Shown here: positions 48,573 to 58,092 of the stretch, one piece after another
Layout: every line of letters begins with the position of its first letter
Numbering within the stretch: position 1 is the first letter of the stretch
IMG/VR virus record: IMGVR_UViG_3300045988_160394
Span: 64,001 to 128,000 of that record
Length of the DNA: 64,000 bases
DNA from: a virus
Strand: one strand, 5' to 3'
Position numbers and translations under genes: made by a program
The notes under the pieces: model-generated
Told to the model about the DNA's origin: nothing
The model's input: the letters and a program-made list of their open reading frames with translations, nothing else
Database searches by the model: none

Positions 48573-49070
48573 ATGTTAAACAAAATTAAATTACCAATCA
48601 AAGTATTAAGAGATGATGTTATAATACCAAACTATGCTCATGGTGTAGAAGATAGCGGTATGGATTTATATACTGCTGCAATAGCTGTTAAAGTAAATGG
48701 AGAATGGGTAGAATCAGATGAATACACATTATCTCCAAACGAAACAGTTTTAATTAAGACAGGAATAGCAGCTGCTGCTCCAATAGGAACAGAATTACAA
48801 GTTAGACCTACTTCAGGTAATAGCTTAAAAACAATGTTAAGAGTTGCTAATGCTCCTGGAACAATAGATGCAGGATATAGAAACGAAATTGGTGTCATAA
48901 TTACTAATACTGGTACAACTAATGTAACTATAAGTAAAAACGATAAAATAGCTCAAATGGTTTTAGTACCTATTTTACATGCAGATATACAAGTTGTAGA
49001 TGAACTTCCAACATCAGATAGAGGTTTAGATGGTTACGGATCTACTGGTACTATAAAAGACATTAAATAG
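48573..49070 (+). CDS. dut: dUTP diphosphatase (trimeric type)
   Basis: GMDLY, RPTSGNSLK, IDAGYRNEIGV, SDRGLDGYGSTG. Confidence 0.85.
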   Translation: MLNKIKLPIKVLRDDVIIPNYAHGVEDSGMDLYTAAIAVKVNGEWVESDEYTLSPNETVLIKTGIAAAAPIGTELQVRPTSGNSLKTMLRVANAPGTIDAGYRNEIGVIITNTGTTNVTISKNDKIAQMVLVPILHADIQVVDELPTSDRGLDGYGSTGTIKDIK

Positions 49071-49078
49071 GTTTTATT

Positions 49079-49456
49079 ATGATATATACAACTTATTTGA
49101 GTAATATAAAATCTATACCAGATAATACTGTAAAAATACTCATAATGAGATATAAACCGAAATGGTTATATAAATATAATGATGACATTGCTTGGGAGCC
49201 ATTATTAGCTCCTAGAATGTTTGATGAGTATAAGTTTGATAACAATATATCAAAACAAGAATTGTTTGATGATTATTACGATTATTTAGAGAATAGCGAG
49301 ATTCCTAGTAAAGTTACATCTAAAATAATTGACTATATAAAAGAAGGCAAAAATGTTTGTTTTATATGTTGTGAAAAAGAATTATATGATTGCCATAGAA
49401 GAGTATTGGCAGAATGTATTTCTAAAAAAACAAACGTAGAATGGAAAGAATTATAA
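49079..49456 (+). CDS. DUF488-family protein
   Basis: FICCEKELYDCHRRVLAECI matches the DUF488 C-terminal signature. Confidence 0.5.
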   Translation: MIYTTYLSNIKSIPDNTVKILIMRYKPKWLYKYNDDIAWEPLLAPRMFDEYKFDNNISKQELFDDYYDYLENSEIPSKVTSKIIDYIKEGKNVCFICCEKELYDCHRRVLAECISKKTNVEWKEL

Positions 49457-49527
49457 AACGGATTTAAGATTTAATAAAGAAAGGTGGTGGACCTGTTGTA
49501 AAATATATAATAAAGCAACAGGAAACA

Positions 49528-49773
49528 ATGACAAAAGTAAAGTGTGACTTAACAGGATGTAAGTACAATAGTAGCTGCTGTTCATCTCCGCATGATTCAG
49601 TAGAAACATATTGCACTAAAGAGAGTATAGCGTTAGTAGTTGATGAGGATTTCTTATCTATGGATTGTCAAGAATACGTAGATGAATATGATAAAGAAAT
49701 AGAATGTAAATCTTGTCAAATGAAAAAATATGGAGGGATAAAATTCCCAAATAAAATAAATTTTAAATTATAG
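49528..49773 (+). CDS. DUF1540-like Cys-rich protein
   Basis: VKCDLTGCKYNSSCCSS pattern. Confidence 0.45.
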   Translation: MTKVKCDLTGCKYNSSCCSSPHDSVETYCTKESIALVVDEDFLSMDCQEYVDEYDKEIECKSCQMKKYGGIKFPNKINFKL

Positions 49774-49834
49774 TATATAGCCTCATATGTGAAGTAATAT
49801 TCTATTGAATATATTTCACTGGAGGTAATGTGTT

Positions 49835-50080
49835 ATGAACGAAAAATTTAAAAATTATGGATTATGGGTTTCTTTATTCGCTTTACTAGGATTATTCTTA
49901 TCTGATATGAGTTGAATGCCTCATAACTATGATATGTATGTATCAATAATACTAAGTATCTTAGTCGGTTTAGGAATAGTTTCTAGCCCTGAAAAAGGAA
50001 AGTGGTATGGTGATAAACAAGATCAACTTCCACAAGAAAATGAAGAACCTAAAGACATATCTGAAAAAGACAAAAAGTAG
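49835..50080 (+). CDS. holin (phi LC3-type; one in-frame TGA; absent from the ORF track)
   Basis: ATG 49835 after GGAGGT. MNEKFKNYGLWVSLFALLGLFLSDMS[W]MPHNYDMYVSIILSILVGLGIVSSPEKGKWYGD has two TM segments and a charged tail. TGA 49913-15. TAG stop at 50078-80. Confidence 0.6.
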
Positions 50081-50085
50081 TTAAA

Positions 50086-50112
50086 GGACAGGTTTTATAC
50101 CTGTCTTTTTTA
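50086..50112 (+). terminator. rho-independent terminator
   Basis: GACAGGT-TTTAT-ACCTGTC followed by TTTTTT. Confidence 0.75.
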
Positions 50113-50142
50113 TTGCAACAAAACATGAGGAGGGAGTAAGAT

Positions 50143-53100
50143 ATGCAGAATAAATATATACCGTCTCATTTACATACTACTACAGGTAGTATAGGAGACT
50201 CAATAATAAAAATACCAGAACTAATTAAAAAAGCTAAACAACTAGATTTGCCTGCAATCGCCATCACTAATCATGGGTCTATGGCAGATATGTATGATTT
50301 TTATTTTGAATGCGTTTCTAACAATATAAAACCTATTATTGGATGTGAAGTATATACAACTGATGATATGGATTATAAAGAAAAAGATGCAAGACGAAAT
50401 GGACATCTAGTTATTTTAGCAAAGGATAACAATGGATTAAAGAATTTACTATCTATAACAGCCGCTGCACAATTACAAGGTTTTTATTATAAGCCTAGAA
50501 TTGATTATAACTTCTTAGAATCTACTGATACTTCTGGTTTAATAGCTACAACAGCTTGTGCAGGAAGTGATGTTAATCAATTGATATTACAAGATAAAAT
50601 AGAAGAAGCTAAAGAATTGATATTAAGGATTAATAATATATTTGAAACGTTCTTTTTAGAAATCCAACCAGGTGATTTCGATGAACAGAAAAAAATAAAT
50701 AAGCAATTGATAAAATTCAGCAATGAATTAAAGATACCATTAATAGCTTCTAATGATATACATTATTTAAATGCAGAAGATTTTATAGCACATGATGCTC
50801 ATGTTAAAAGCTATAGAAAACAGAAGTTGAATGATACGCTTTATTATCCTGATACTTGTTATTATTTAATGACAAGAGAAGAATTATTTGAAGCGTTATC
50901 TAAATATGTAAATGAAGATATTGCAAATACGGCTATTAATAATACTTTATTATTAAATGATATGTGTAACGTTGTTATAGATGTAAATGAATTAAATCTA
51001 CCTACTTTTCAGTGTCCACAAAAAATGACACCAAAAGCTTATCTAGAATATATCTGTTTACAAAAAATAGATAAAATAAAAGATAAGATTTGTGATGTAG
51101 TAGAGTATACAGATAGAATGTATATGGAGCTAGAAGTAATAGATAAATTAGGGTTCTGTTCTTATTATTTAATAGTAAGAGACTTTATGGAATATGCAAG
51201 AGAAAATAATATACCATATGGACCAGGCAGAGGTTCTGTATGTGGTTCATTAGTAGCTTATTTAGCAGGATTAATAAAGATAGATGCTATTAAATATAAT
51301 CTGTTATTTGATAGATTTTTATCTATTCATAGAACTGGTTCTATTCCTGATGTTGATTCAGATTTTGGATCATCAGGAAGACAAATGATGTTCGACTATG
51401 TTGTTAATAAGTATGGAGCAGATCATTGTGCAGCAGTTTCTACATTCCAAATGAGAAAAGCAAAATCAGCTATTAAAGATGCAGCTAGAATGTTAGACTT
51501 AGTTGAAGAAGGAGAGTGTATAGCTAAACTTATTCCTATGGTCTATTATGATGATGATGGAGATAAATTAACAGATTTATCTATAGAGGATTCTTTAAAA
51601 GCTGTTGAGGAATTAAGAGAATTTAAAGAAATATATCCTAAAATATTTGATATAGCCATGAAGATGGAAGGATTACCTAGATCTTCATCTATACATGCTG
51701 CTGGAACATTAATAGCTAAAACTCCATTGCATGATTTAATACCTATGATTAAGAAAAAAGATAGTGACTTATTAAATGCTACTAGTTTCGATTTATCTCA
51801 AGCAGAGAAAATGAAATTAGTTAAATATGATTTCTTAGGGTTATCTACTTTAGATGTATTAGAAGAAACTAAGAAAACAACAGGTTATTATTTTGATATA
51901 GAATTTGATAAATATGATGATGAAAATGTATGGAAGTTAATAGGTTCTAGAAATACTACAGCTTTATTCCAAATAGCTTCTTCTACTTATAAACAAAGAA
52001 TGTGGAGATTAAAACCACAAACAATAGAAGAATTAGCTGCTTGTTTAGCATTAGTTAGAGGACCTTGTATTTCAGCTAAAACAGATCAAACATATATAAG
52101 AATATTAGAAGGTAAAGAAGAAGTAAAAACAATTCATCCTTTTTATGATAATGCCGTTAAAGATACATTAGGTATTATGATATATCAAGAACAATTAATG
52201 GAATGTTGTCATAATTTTGGTTTACCTTTACATGTATGTTACGATATAATGAAAGCAGCGGCTAAAAAGAAGTTTGATAAACTTGAAAGTTATGAACAAG
52301 AATTGTGGGAATTGGCCGAACCACATATGAGTAAAGAAACTTTCGATATTATCTTTAAGATAATAGTTGATTCTGGATTATATTCATTTAACAAATCACA
52401 TGCAGTTGCTTATGCTACTTTATGTTATGAAACAGCATATTATAAATACTATTATCCTAAAGAATATTTAGCAGCTGAACTTACTAACATTTTTACATCT
52501 GTTGCAGCAGACAAAAGAAAAGAAAGAGTTGCTGAAACTGTTAAAGACTGTAGAAGATTAGGTATTAAATTTTTACCTATAACAGCACAAGATTCTGAAT
52601 GGAAATTTAAAGTCGAAGGTGATTCTATAAGAATAGGTATGTGTTCCATATCTTCTTTTGGTGAAAAAGCTTATAACGCCTTTTCTTTAGTTGAGGATAA
52701 AACAAGTATTGAATCCGTTTTTGAATCTGTTAATAAAACAACCTGTAATAAAAAAGCTTTTAATGCTTTAATATTTGCAGGTGCTTTTGGTGATAGAACT
52801 CAAGCATATTTAAAATATTGTGAATTAAGAGATGAATCACCAGTAGATGAAATAGTTTTTCATAAAACATTACGTGTTAATATATATGAAGATGATAGAG
52901 AAATAGAAGAAAAACTATTATCTTATAATTTTATATATAATCTAACAAACAATTTAAATGCTTTCGGATACAAGAATTTAAAGAAGAAAGCAGAGTTTTA
53001 TTGCGATGCTTTAATTACAAGAGTAAAAACAAAGAATGATAAGAATAAAAATAAAATGGCATGGATAACATTAGAGACAGGAGACGGCATTATAGAAGGT

Positions 53101-53217
53101 GTCGTCTTTGCTAATGTATATGCTAAATATAGAGCTCTTATTAAAAAAGATTCTTTTGTAAAAATTAAAGCAAGAAAAGAAGATGATGAAACTTGTTTTG
53201 TTAGTAGCATAGAATAG
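50143..53217 (+). CDS. dnaE: DNA polymerase III alpha subunit (DnaE-type)
   Basis: PHP domain HLHTTTGSIGDS...ITNHGSM. Polymerase core GPGRGSVCGSLVAYL, IPDVDSDF. C-terminal OB region. Confidence 0.9.
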   Translation: MQNKYIPSHLHTTTGSIGDSIIKIPELIKKAKQLDLPAIAITNHGSMADMYDFYFECVSNNIKPIIGCEVYTTDDMDYKEKDARRNGHLVILAKDNNGLKNLLSITAAAQLQGFYYKPRIDYNFLESTDTSGLIATTACAGSDVNQLILQDKIEEAKELILRINNIFETFFLEIQPGDFDEQKKINKQLIKFSNELKIPLIASNDIHYLNAEDFIAHDAHVKSYRKQKLNDTLYYPDTCYYLMTREELFEALSKYVNEDIANTAINNTLLLNDMCNVVIDVNELNLPTFQCPQKMTPKAYLEYICLQKIDKIKDKICDVVEYTDRMYMELEVIDKLGFCSYYLIVRDFMEYARENNIPYGPGRGSVCGSLVAYLAGLIKIDAIKYNLLFDRFLSIHRTGSIPDVDSDFGSSGRQMMFDYVVNKYGADHCAAVSTFQMRKAKSAIKDAARMLDLVEEGECIAKLIPMVYYDDDGDKLTDLSIEDSLKAVEELREFKEIYPKIFDIAMKMEGLPRSSSIHAAGTLIAKTPLHDLIPMIKKKDSDLLNATSFDLSQAEKMKLVKYDFLGLSTLDVLEETKKTTGYYFDIEFDKYDDENVWKLIGSRNTTALFQIASSTYKQRMWRLKPQTIEELAACLALVRGPCISAKTDQTYIRILEGKEEVKTIHPFYDNAVKDTLGIMIYQEQLMECCHNFGLPLHVCYDIMKAAAKKKFDKLESYEQELWELAEPHMSKETFDIIFKIIVDSGLYSFNKSHAVAYATLCYETAYYKYYYPKEYLAAELTNIFTSVAADKRKERVAETVKDCRRLGIKFLPITAQDSEWKFKVEGDSIRIGMCSISSFGEKAYNAFSLVEDKTSIESVFESVNKTTCNKKAFNALIFAGAFGDRTQAYLKYCELRDESPVDEIVFHKTLRVNIYEDDREIEEKLLSYNFIYNLTNNLNAFGYKNLKKKAEFYCDALITRVKTKNDKNKNKMAWITLETGDGIIEGVVFANVYAKYRALIKKDSFVKIKARKEDDETCFVSSIE

Positions 53218-53269
53218 CTCTTTTATAGGGCTATTCAGTACATAACCAAATAAAGAAGGAGGATTAGAT

Positions 53270-54628
53270 ATGTTATATGCATTTACAAGTATAACTAAAA
53301 GTATAAATATTTTAATGAATTACAATAAAACTATTAATGAAAAAACTGATATAGAAAAAGCAAAAGTTAGGCTATTAAATGAACTATCTTTAATAAAGAA
53401 AATGTCAAAAGAATTAACATTAATTTTATATAGAGAACAAGATAAAAACATTTGTGATGAGCTTTATGATGGAGTTAATGCTTTAATATATATAGCTAAA
53501 AACATAACAACAATAGATCAAGTAAAAGATACAATAAATAAATTAACTGAATTTGATTGTTTAGAAGAATTTAATAATATGAATCTTTATAGAACTGATT
53601 TATGTTCTCCTAGCTATGAAATGTCAAACTATGATAGATATATGGGAGAAGAAGAATTAACAACTAAAGAATGTTCTCAAATTTTAACACACATCAATAA
53701 AACTAGAGCATTTAATATTATGAATACTAGAGCAGGAAAAGGTATAACATTTAGTAAATTAAAAAACCAAGAACATGATAAAATTATTACATATGGATTA
53801 GAACATAGAGATATTTATAACGATTTAAAAGAACGTTGTGATAAAACTATAAAAGGTAGATTAGTAGGTTCAAGAATCTCTAATGAAGTCTTTGATGTTA
53901 TGTATTTAAATCCTGAAGTATCATGGGTAGGTGAATTAACTAACGTAGGGAATTTAGCAGAAAAAAGAGAAAAAAGTTGTTTAAGATATCATACTAAGTT
54001 ATTAAGACCAAATGGAATAGTTATCTATAAAATACCTTTCTCTAGATTAACTAATGATATAGCATATAACATTGCAAAGATGTTTAATGATGTACAAGTA
54101 ATAAAAAGAGAAGATAATAGAATACAAGAGATTTTAATCTTTGGTATAAAAGATCAATCTCCTCAACCTAAAGAAGATATCTATGAATATTTAAAGAATT
54201 TAGAATATAATCAAATAGATGACGATTTAGAATTAACATATGAATTACCTCAAGGAGGAATTAAAACTCCTGATATATTTAGAGGTAGTGAATTAGATAA
54301 AGATGATATGTCTAATTTAATTCTTAATAGTGGTCTTATAGATAATTTCTGGAATGAAATAGATGCAAGTAAGCAACAAGAAGAAGCTAGACCATTAATG
54401 CCTTTTAATATGGGGCAAATAGGATTAGTCCTTACATCAGGATGTTTAGACGGCTTAGTTGAAGAATATGAAGGACAATATCATGCTATAAAAGGTATGG
54501 TTGTTAAAGTAAGAAGTAATAATGTTTCTAGTGAAAGAAGTAATGAAGAAATAGATATAGAAACAGTTTCAAATAAAGTACAAATAAATATAGTTACACC
54601 AGATGGTGAATTTGTTGAATTAGCATAA
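53270..54628 (+). CDS. methyltransferase-fold protein with degenerate motifs (DUF6094-like)
   Basis: FNIMNTRAGKG (compare DPxAGxG), ITYGLE, FDVMYLNPEV (NPPY replaced by NPEV), LLRPNGIVIYKIP. Confidence 0.4.
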   Translation: MLYAFTSITKSINILMNYNKTINEKTDIEKAKVRLLNELSLIKKMSKELTLILYREQDKNICDELYDGVNALIYIAKNITTIDQVKDTINKLTEFDCLEEFNNMNLYRTDLCSPSYEMSNYDRYMGEEELTTKECSQILTHINKTRAFNIMNTRAGKGITFSKLKNQEHDKIITYGLEHRDIYNDLKERCDKTIKGRLVGSRISNEVFDVMYLNPEVSWVGELTNVGNLAEKREKSCLRYHTKLLRPNGIVIYKIPFSRLTNDIAYNIAKMFNDVQVIKREDNRIQEILIFGIKDQSPQPKEDIYEYLKNLEYNQIDDDLELTYELPQGGIKTPDIFRGSELDKDDMSNLILNSGLIDNFWNEIDASKQQEEARPLMPFNMGQIGLVLTSGCLDGLVEEYEGQYHAIKGMVVKVRSNNVSSERSNEEIDIETVSNKVQINIVTPDGEFVELA

Positions 54629-54645
54629 TAAAGGAGGAATGAAAA

Positions 54646-57600
54646 GTGGACTTATTTAGAATATCTGCAAATGGACTAGGCAGTATTTATTCTGATACTG
54701 TTATATTAGATAGTTATGAAAATGAAATAGTATTCTTTTCAGCTGTAGCTTACAATCCATTAATACAAGCTACAGTAAAACAAGTCTCAAAAGCAGGTTC
54801 ATTTGTATATGTTACTAATTCAGGTTCTTACAAATGTCCTAGACAAGGTTACAATACATCTATAAAAAGAGAATCAAATAGTGAATATTCTCATGTAGTA
54901 GCTTATGCAAAAGACAAGGTAGAATATAGAGAAGACGGATCAGAATTAATAAGAGTATATATATATTGTAAAGATGAATCTGAATTAGTAGAGAAGACTT
55001 ATGATAAATTAGTTAAGTATTCATCTATACCCGTACTTGATGAATGGAAAAGCTATGTTTGTGAAAAATTAATAGCTAATAGATTTTTAAAAAAATTAAG
55101 CGTAAAAACAAATAATAATTCTTTTTCATCAAATTGTTATAAATTAATATGTAATAAAGATTCTATAAAAACAATTATTCAAAGAGGCTTAAAAGAAAAA
55201 GCTATTAATATTAAAGGTAATAACAATCCTTCTGCATTAATGTCAGAAATAAAAGGATTAGATGCTTACTTATCTACATTTGGAGAAATATTGGCTCATA
55301 AAATACAAACAGCTTTTAGACCAAGATTTATTCCAGGAGAAGATAAGTATGATGACTTTACTAATTATTTAGATGATTATGTGTATGATGAAGCTAATAT
55401 TGAAGTATTTGAAGCTCAAAAATCAGTTATTCAAGCGATAACTAATAGTTTAAAAGTACATGACTCTGCTTTCTTAATAGCTGAAATGGGTGGAGGAAAA
55501 ACTTTAATGGGAGCTTCTATTCCATATGTTCATCATGCTAATAGAAATAAAGGTTATAATTCTATAGTAATGTGTCCTTCTCATTTAGTTAATGTTTGGG
55601 ATAGAGAAATTACTGAAAGAATACCTAATGCTAAAGCTTATATCATAAGAGATTATAAAGAACTTATAGACTTAGAACCTAAGCTAAGAAATAAGAATAA
55701 AGTTGAAAATTCTTATGTTATAATTTCTAAAGAAAGAGCTAAATTAGGTTATGATGTAAGACCTGCCGCTATCTGGAGCCGAAGTAAAAATACCTTTGTA
55801 TGTCCAGAATGTGGACAACCTTTATATACAAAAGAGTATGAAGGTAGTGGCAGACATAAAAGAGTAGTTCATGTTCCTTTTAATGAAACTAGTATGTTAA
55901 AACAATTAGCTTACAATAAAAGATGTATGAATGAAATAAAGAAATGGAATGCTAAAGAAGGTAAGTACGACGTTGTACATTGTAATGCTTCTTTATGGAC
56001 TCCATTAAATAAAGAAGACCAAGACCATAAATGGTTAAAGTTAGGTTCTGAAGGTTGGACTTATAAAGACCACGTAGTTACTCTAGTAAATAGATTAACT
56101 AGTTTAGAATCATTAACAAAAAAAGAATCTGCTTTATTAGCTAAACTTATGGAACAGTATGAGCTAATACAAGCAGGAGAAGAACCTTTTTCTAATTATA
56201 AAGGAATAAGAAAATATCCTATAGCAAAGTATATAAGAGAGAGAATGAACAATGTATTCGACTATTGTATAGTAGATGAATGTCATGAAATGAAAGGCTT
56301 AACTGAACAAGGTCAAGCCGCTGCTGATTTAATTTCATCTTCTAAAAAATCTATTTTATTAACTGGTACGCTATTAAATGGATATGCAGATGGTTTATAT
56401 TATTTATTATGGAGAACCGTTCCTAGATTAATGAGAAAAGAAGGTTTTAAATTCTCTGATGAAGGAGAGTTTGCTAGAATATACGGAGTTCATTCTAGAG
56501 AGTCTAGATTCTTAATGAGAAATGGATTAAGACAAAGACGTGTAGGATCTATCAAAGAAAAGAGATTACCAGGGGTATCCCCACTAGCATTTACAAAATT
56601 CTTATTAGAATACGCAGTGTTCTTATCTTTATCAGATATGTCAACAGGATTACCAGGATATGAAGAAATTCCTGTACCCGTTGCTATGGATTATGAATTA
56701 TTTAATGCTTACAGTCAATTTGAAGAAGCTTTTACTTCTTATGTTAGAGGAAGAGGAAGTAAGAAATGCATGGGGCCTTTCTTACAAAACTTATCAGCCT
56801 ATGCTGATTGCCCTCATATGGTTTCTCCTATTGTAGATCCTGATACTGGAGATATAGTATATACTCCTGTAGAATTGCCAAAACAACAAAGAAATAAAGA
56901 AGATGCTCTTTTAAGTTTAGTAGAAGAAAAAGTTAGAAATGGAGAAAAAGTTTTATTATACTATTCATGGGTTAATAAAACAGATGTTGGAGATTCATTA
57001 TTAAATCTATTAAAAGATAATGGTATAACAGCTTTTGAAATGAAATCGAATGTTACTTCTGATAAAAGAGAAGAATGGATAGAAAAGCATATAGCTAAGG
57101 GAATGCAAGTAATGATTTGTAACCCTAAATTGGTTGAAACAGGTTTAACACTGCTAGATTTTACATCCATTATATTTTATCAAATGGGATATAATTTATT
57201 TACTATGAGACAAGCTAGTAGAAGAAGCTGGAGGTTATCTCAAACAAAAGATGTTAAAGTATATTTTATGTATTATGAATCCTCTATTCAAGAACAAACT
57301 TTGAGTTTAATGGCTACTAAATTACAAGCTGCTATGGCACTTGAAGGTAAATTCTCAGAAGAAGGTTTAAGAGCAATGAGTAATAATGAAGATTTATTAA
57401 CTCAAATAGCTAATAATGTTGTAGAAGGAATAAAAGATACAGTTAATCAAGAAATCTTTAAAGCAACAGCTTTTATAAAATCAGATGAAGTAATTAATAG
57501 AGAACATTTGTTGCCTTCTTATATATTTAAAACTAATTTTAATGAATTAGGAGAACAATCAATATTCTCTAAGAAATCATTACAAGAAATACCTGATAGA

Positions 57601-57657
57601 AAAGTAGTTGATGTCAATGAAGATTTTTTAAAGAATCCTATATCTTTATTCCTATAA
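54646..57657 (+). CDS. SF2 (DEAD/SNF2-like) helicase with an inserted zinc ribbon
   Basis: GTG start after AAAGGAGG. Walker A AEMGGGKT. DEAH-type VDECHEMKG. CPECGQP. Motif VI QASRRSWRLSQTK. Confidence 0.75.
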   Translation: MDLFRISANGLGSIYSDTVILDSYENEIVFFSAVAYNPLIQATVKQVSKAGSFVYVTNSGSYKCPRQGYNTSIKRESNSEYSHVVAYAKDKVEYREDGSELIRVYIYCKDESELVEKTYDKLVKYSSIPVLDEWKSYVCEKLIANRFLKKLSVKTNNNSFSSNCYKLICNKDSIKTIIQRGLKEKAINIKGNNNPSALMSEIKGLDAYLSTFGEILAHKIQTAFRPRFIPGEDKYDDFTNYLDDYVYDEANIEVFEAQKSVIQAITNSLKVHDSAFLIAEMGGGKTLMGASIPYVHHANRNKGYNSIVMCPSHLVNVWDREITERIPNAKAYIIRDYKELIDLEPKLRNKNKVENSYVIISKERAKLGYDVRPAAIWSRSKNTFVCPECGQPLYTKEYEGSGRHKRVVHVPFNETSMLKQLAYNKRCMNEIKKWNAKEGKYDVVHCNASLWTPLNKEDQDHKWLKLGSEGWTYKDHVVTLVNRLTSLESLTKKESALLAKLMEQYELIQAGEEPFSNYKGIRKYPIAKYIRERMNNVFDYCIVDECHEMKGLTEQGQAAADLISSSKKSILLTGTLLNGYADGLYYLLWRTVPRLMRKEGFKFSDEGEFARIYGVHSRESRFLMRNGLRQRRVGSIKEKRLPGVSPLAFTKFLLEYAVFLSLSDMSTGLPGYEEIPVPVAMDYELFNAYSQFEEAFTSYVRGRGSKKCMGPFLQNLSAYADCPHMVSPIVDPDTGDIVYTPVELPKQQRNKEDALLSLVEEKVRNGEKVLLYYSWVNKTDVGDSLLNLLKDNGITAFEMKSNVTSDKREEWIEKHIAKGMQVMICNPKLVETGLTLLDFTSIIFYQMGYNLFTMRQASRRSWRLSQTKDVKVYFMYYESSIQEQTLSLMATKLQAAMALEGKFSEEGLRAMSNNEDLLTQIANNVVEGIKDTVNQEIFKATAFIKSDEVINREHLLPSYIFKTNFNELGEQSIFSKKSLQEIPDRKVVDVNEDFLKNPISLFL

Positions 57658-57781
57658 TTCCTGTTAATATAATAATAAGAAGATAGAATTTTATATCGAA
57701 TAATACTTTTTTGATTTTTAATACTTTATAATAGATATAAAAGATTCTATCTTTTTATTTTTATTTAAGGAGGAATTTAAA

Positions 57782-58090
57782 ATGGCTTTACATTTAAAAA
57801 GAATAACAGATCCGTATTTTTGTTGTCATTGTGACATAACTAGAAAAATGCTTGTTTATGGAGACTATTATTATGAGGATGATGAAGACGGATTTATTGT
57901 AGATTATAACTATTATTATGATAGAAAGATGGCTCAGAAAACTGCTGAAGCTTTACAAAATCCAGAGATTCAACATGCTTTAGATTCTATGTCTTATAAA
58001 ATGCAAATGAGAGAAGCAGAAAGAGCATTTTTTGATAAGAATTTATTTAAAAGAAAAATAGCTACAGATATGGTTCATAAGGAGGAATAA
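57782..58090 (+). CDS. hypothetical protein
   Basis: ORF track. AAGGAGG RBS. Confidence 0.5.
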   Translation: MALHLKRITDPYFCCHCDITRKMLVYGDYYYEDDEDGFIVDYNYYYDRKMAQKTAEALQNPEIQHALDSMSYKMQMREAERAFFDKNLFKRKIATDMVHKEE

Positions 58091-58092
58091 TA

